Below are positions 45,530 through 45,670 of a DNA stretch of 45,670 nucleotides, in pieces. This DNA is from Candidatus Nealsonbacteria bacterium. Lineage in GTDB: Bacteria > Patescibacteriota > Minisyncoccia > Minisyncoccales > PWPS01. The notes beneath the pieces were generated by a model. It made no database searches. It worked only from the letters and a program-made list of their open reading frames with translations, and was not told where the DNA came from. Position 1 is the first letter of the stretch. Each line of letters opens with the position of its first letter. The stretch lies in assembly GCA_003559635.1 (NCBI GenBank), contig PWKU01000016.1, positions 1-45,670 on the forward strand, given 5' to 3'. The position numbers and the translations under genes were made by a program.

Positions 45530-45670
45530 TCGCATAAGATAACTTTATCGAAGTTTAAGGTATAAGATGTTCCGGTATCCTATATACCCTCTACAAGTAA
45601 ACTTCGATAAAGTTAACGCAGATTATGCGTAAGACAAAATCTCTTCGCATAATCGGCTTTATGAAGTTTA
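45528..45670 (+). repeat. Long imperfect hairpin plus a direct-repeat copy, truncated by the window end (unclassified structured RNA or repeat)
   Basis: The perfect 18 bp inverted repeat TAACTTTATCGAAGTTTA (45540-45557) / TAAACTTCGATAAAGTTA (45598-45615) is extended by CGCATAA (45531-45537) / TTATGCG (45623-45629). The 30 nt left arm CTTCGCATAAGATAACTTTATCGAAGTTTA recurs imperfectly at 45643-45670 (CTTCGCATAATCGGCTTTATGAAGTTTA). Confidence 0.6.

Noticed and set aside
45567-45632. A 21-codon ORF (MFRYPIYPLQVNFDKVNADYA) inside the terminal hairpin, preceded by AAGG
   Set aside because: It is too short to evaluate, and the genome rarely uses SD motifs anyway. Its sequence is fully constrained by the inverted repeat, so it is not reported as a CDS.
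45528-45670. CRISPR array at the right edge
   Set aside because: The copies are imperfect and one is inverted. The spacing (a 115 nt period) and a hairpin spanning the would-be spacer do not fit direct, identical CRISPR repeats. No cas genes are in the window.
1-45670. Alternative genetic code (UGA recoding, as in some CPR lineages)
   Set aside because: Conserved genes terminate cleanly at TGA (for example xseA), TAA and TAG at full expected lengths. None of the recognised genes has an in-frame stop.

Overview
A gene-dense 45.7 kb window with about 44 credible CDS. Almost all are on the + strand, with short or overlapping junctions and a moderately low GC content (judged by eye, not computed). 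The gene content and style suggest a streamlined Patescibacteria/CPR-like bacterium: compact enzymes, few Shine-Dalgarno motifs, and GerMN and acidic single-pass envelope proteins. This taxonomic call is inference only, because the window has no rRNA. TGA, TAA and TAG all end otherwise full-length conserved ORFs, so the standard code (11) fits. From left to right the window holds: a HAD phosphatase; a glycogen cluster (GT4, GH57, eukaryote-type GT3 glycogen synthase, GDE-like debranching enzyme); a lone minus-strand OLD-family ATPase/Toprim nuclease; an inverted-repeat-bounded structured intergenic element; envelope proteins (acidic repeat protein, two GerMN paralogs); a dense run of DNA-repair genes (nfo, UvrD-type helicase/PD-(D/E)XK nuclease, dinB, xseAB, second UvrD/PcrA helicase, Cas4-like nuclease fused to an HTH, family-4 UDG) interleaved with an orphan PAS histidine kinase, glutamate dehydrogenase and SurA-N-like proteins; housekeeping genes (truB, mscS, a Kef-type antiporter, pgeF, galU, fmt, thpR); a dcw-type cell-wall cluster (murC, tig, D-Ala-D-Ala carboxypeptidase, mraY, murD, ftsW, murG); and gltX. 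I found no tRNA, rRNA, CRISPR array, transposase or complete integrase. I cannot support a clear multi-gene novel system. The best candidates for follow-up are: (1) the compact stand-alone OLD nuclease and the structured repeat element next to it; (2) a promoter-to-terminator unit encoding a small beta-rich protein, an orphan PAS kinase, a helicase-nuclease and dinB; (3) the Cas4-like nuclease with a sigma-70 region-4-like tail; (4) a two-gene unknown cassette upstream of fmt; (5) a near-consensus promoter driving a long hairpin/repeat structure that is cut off by the right window edge.
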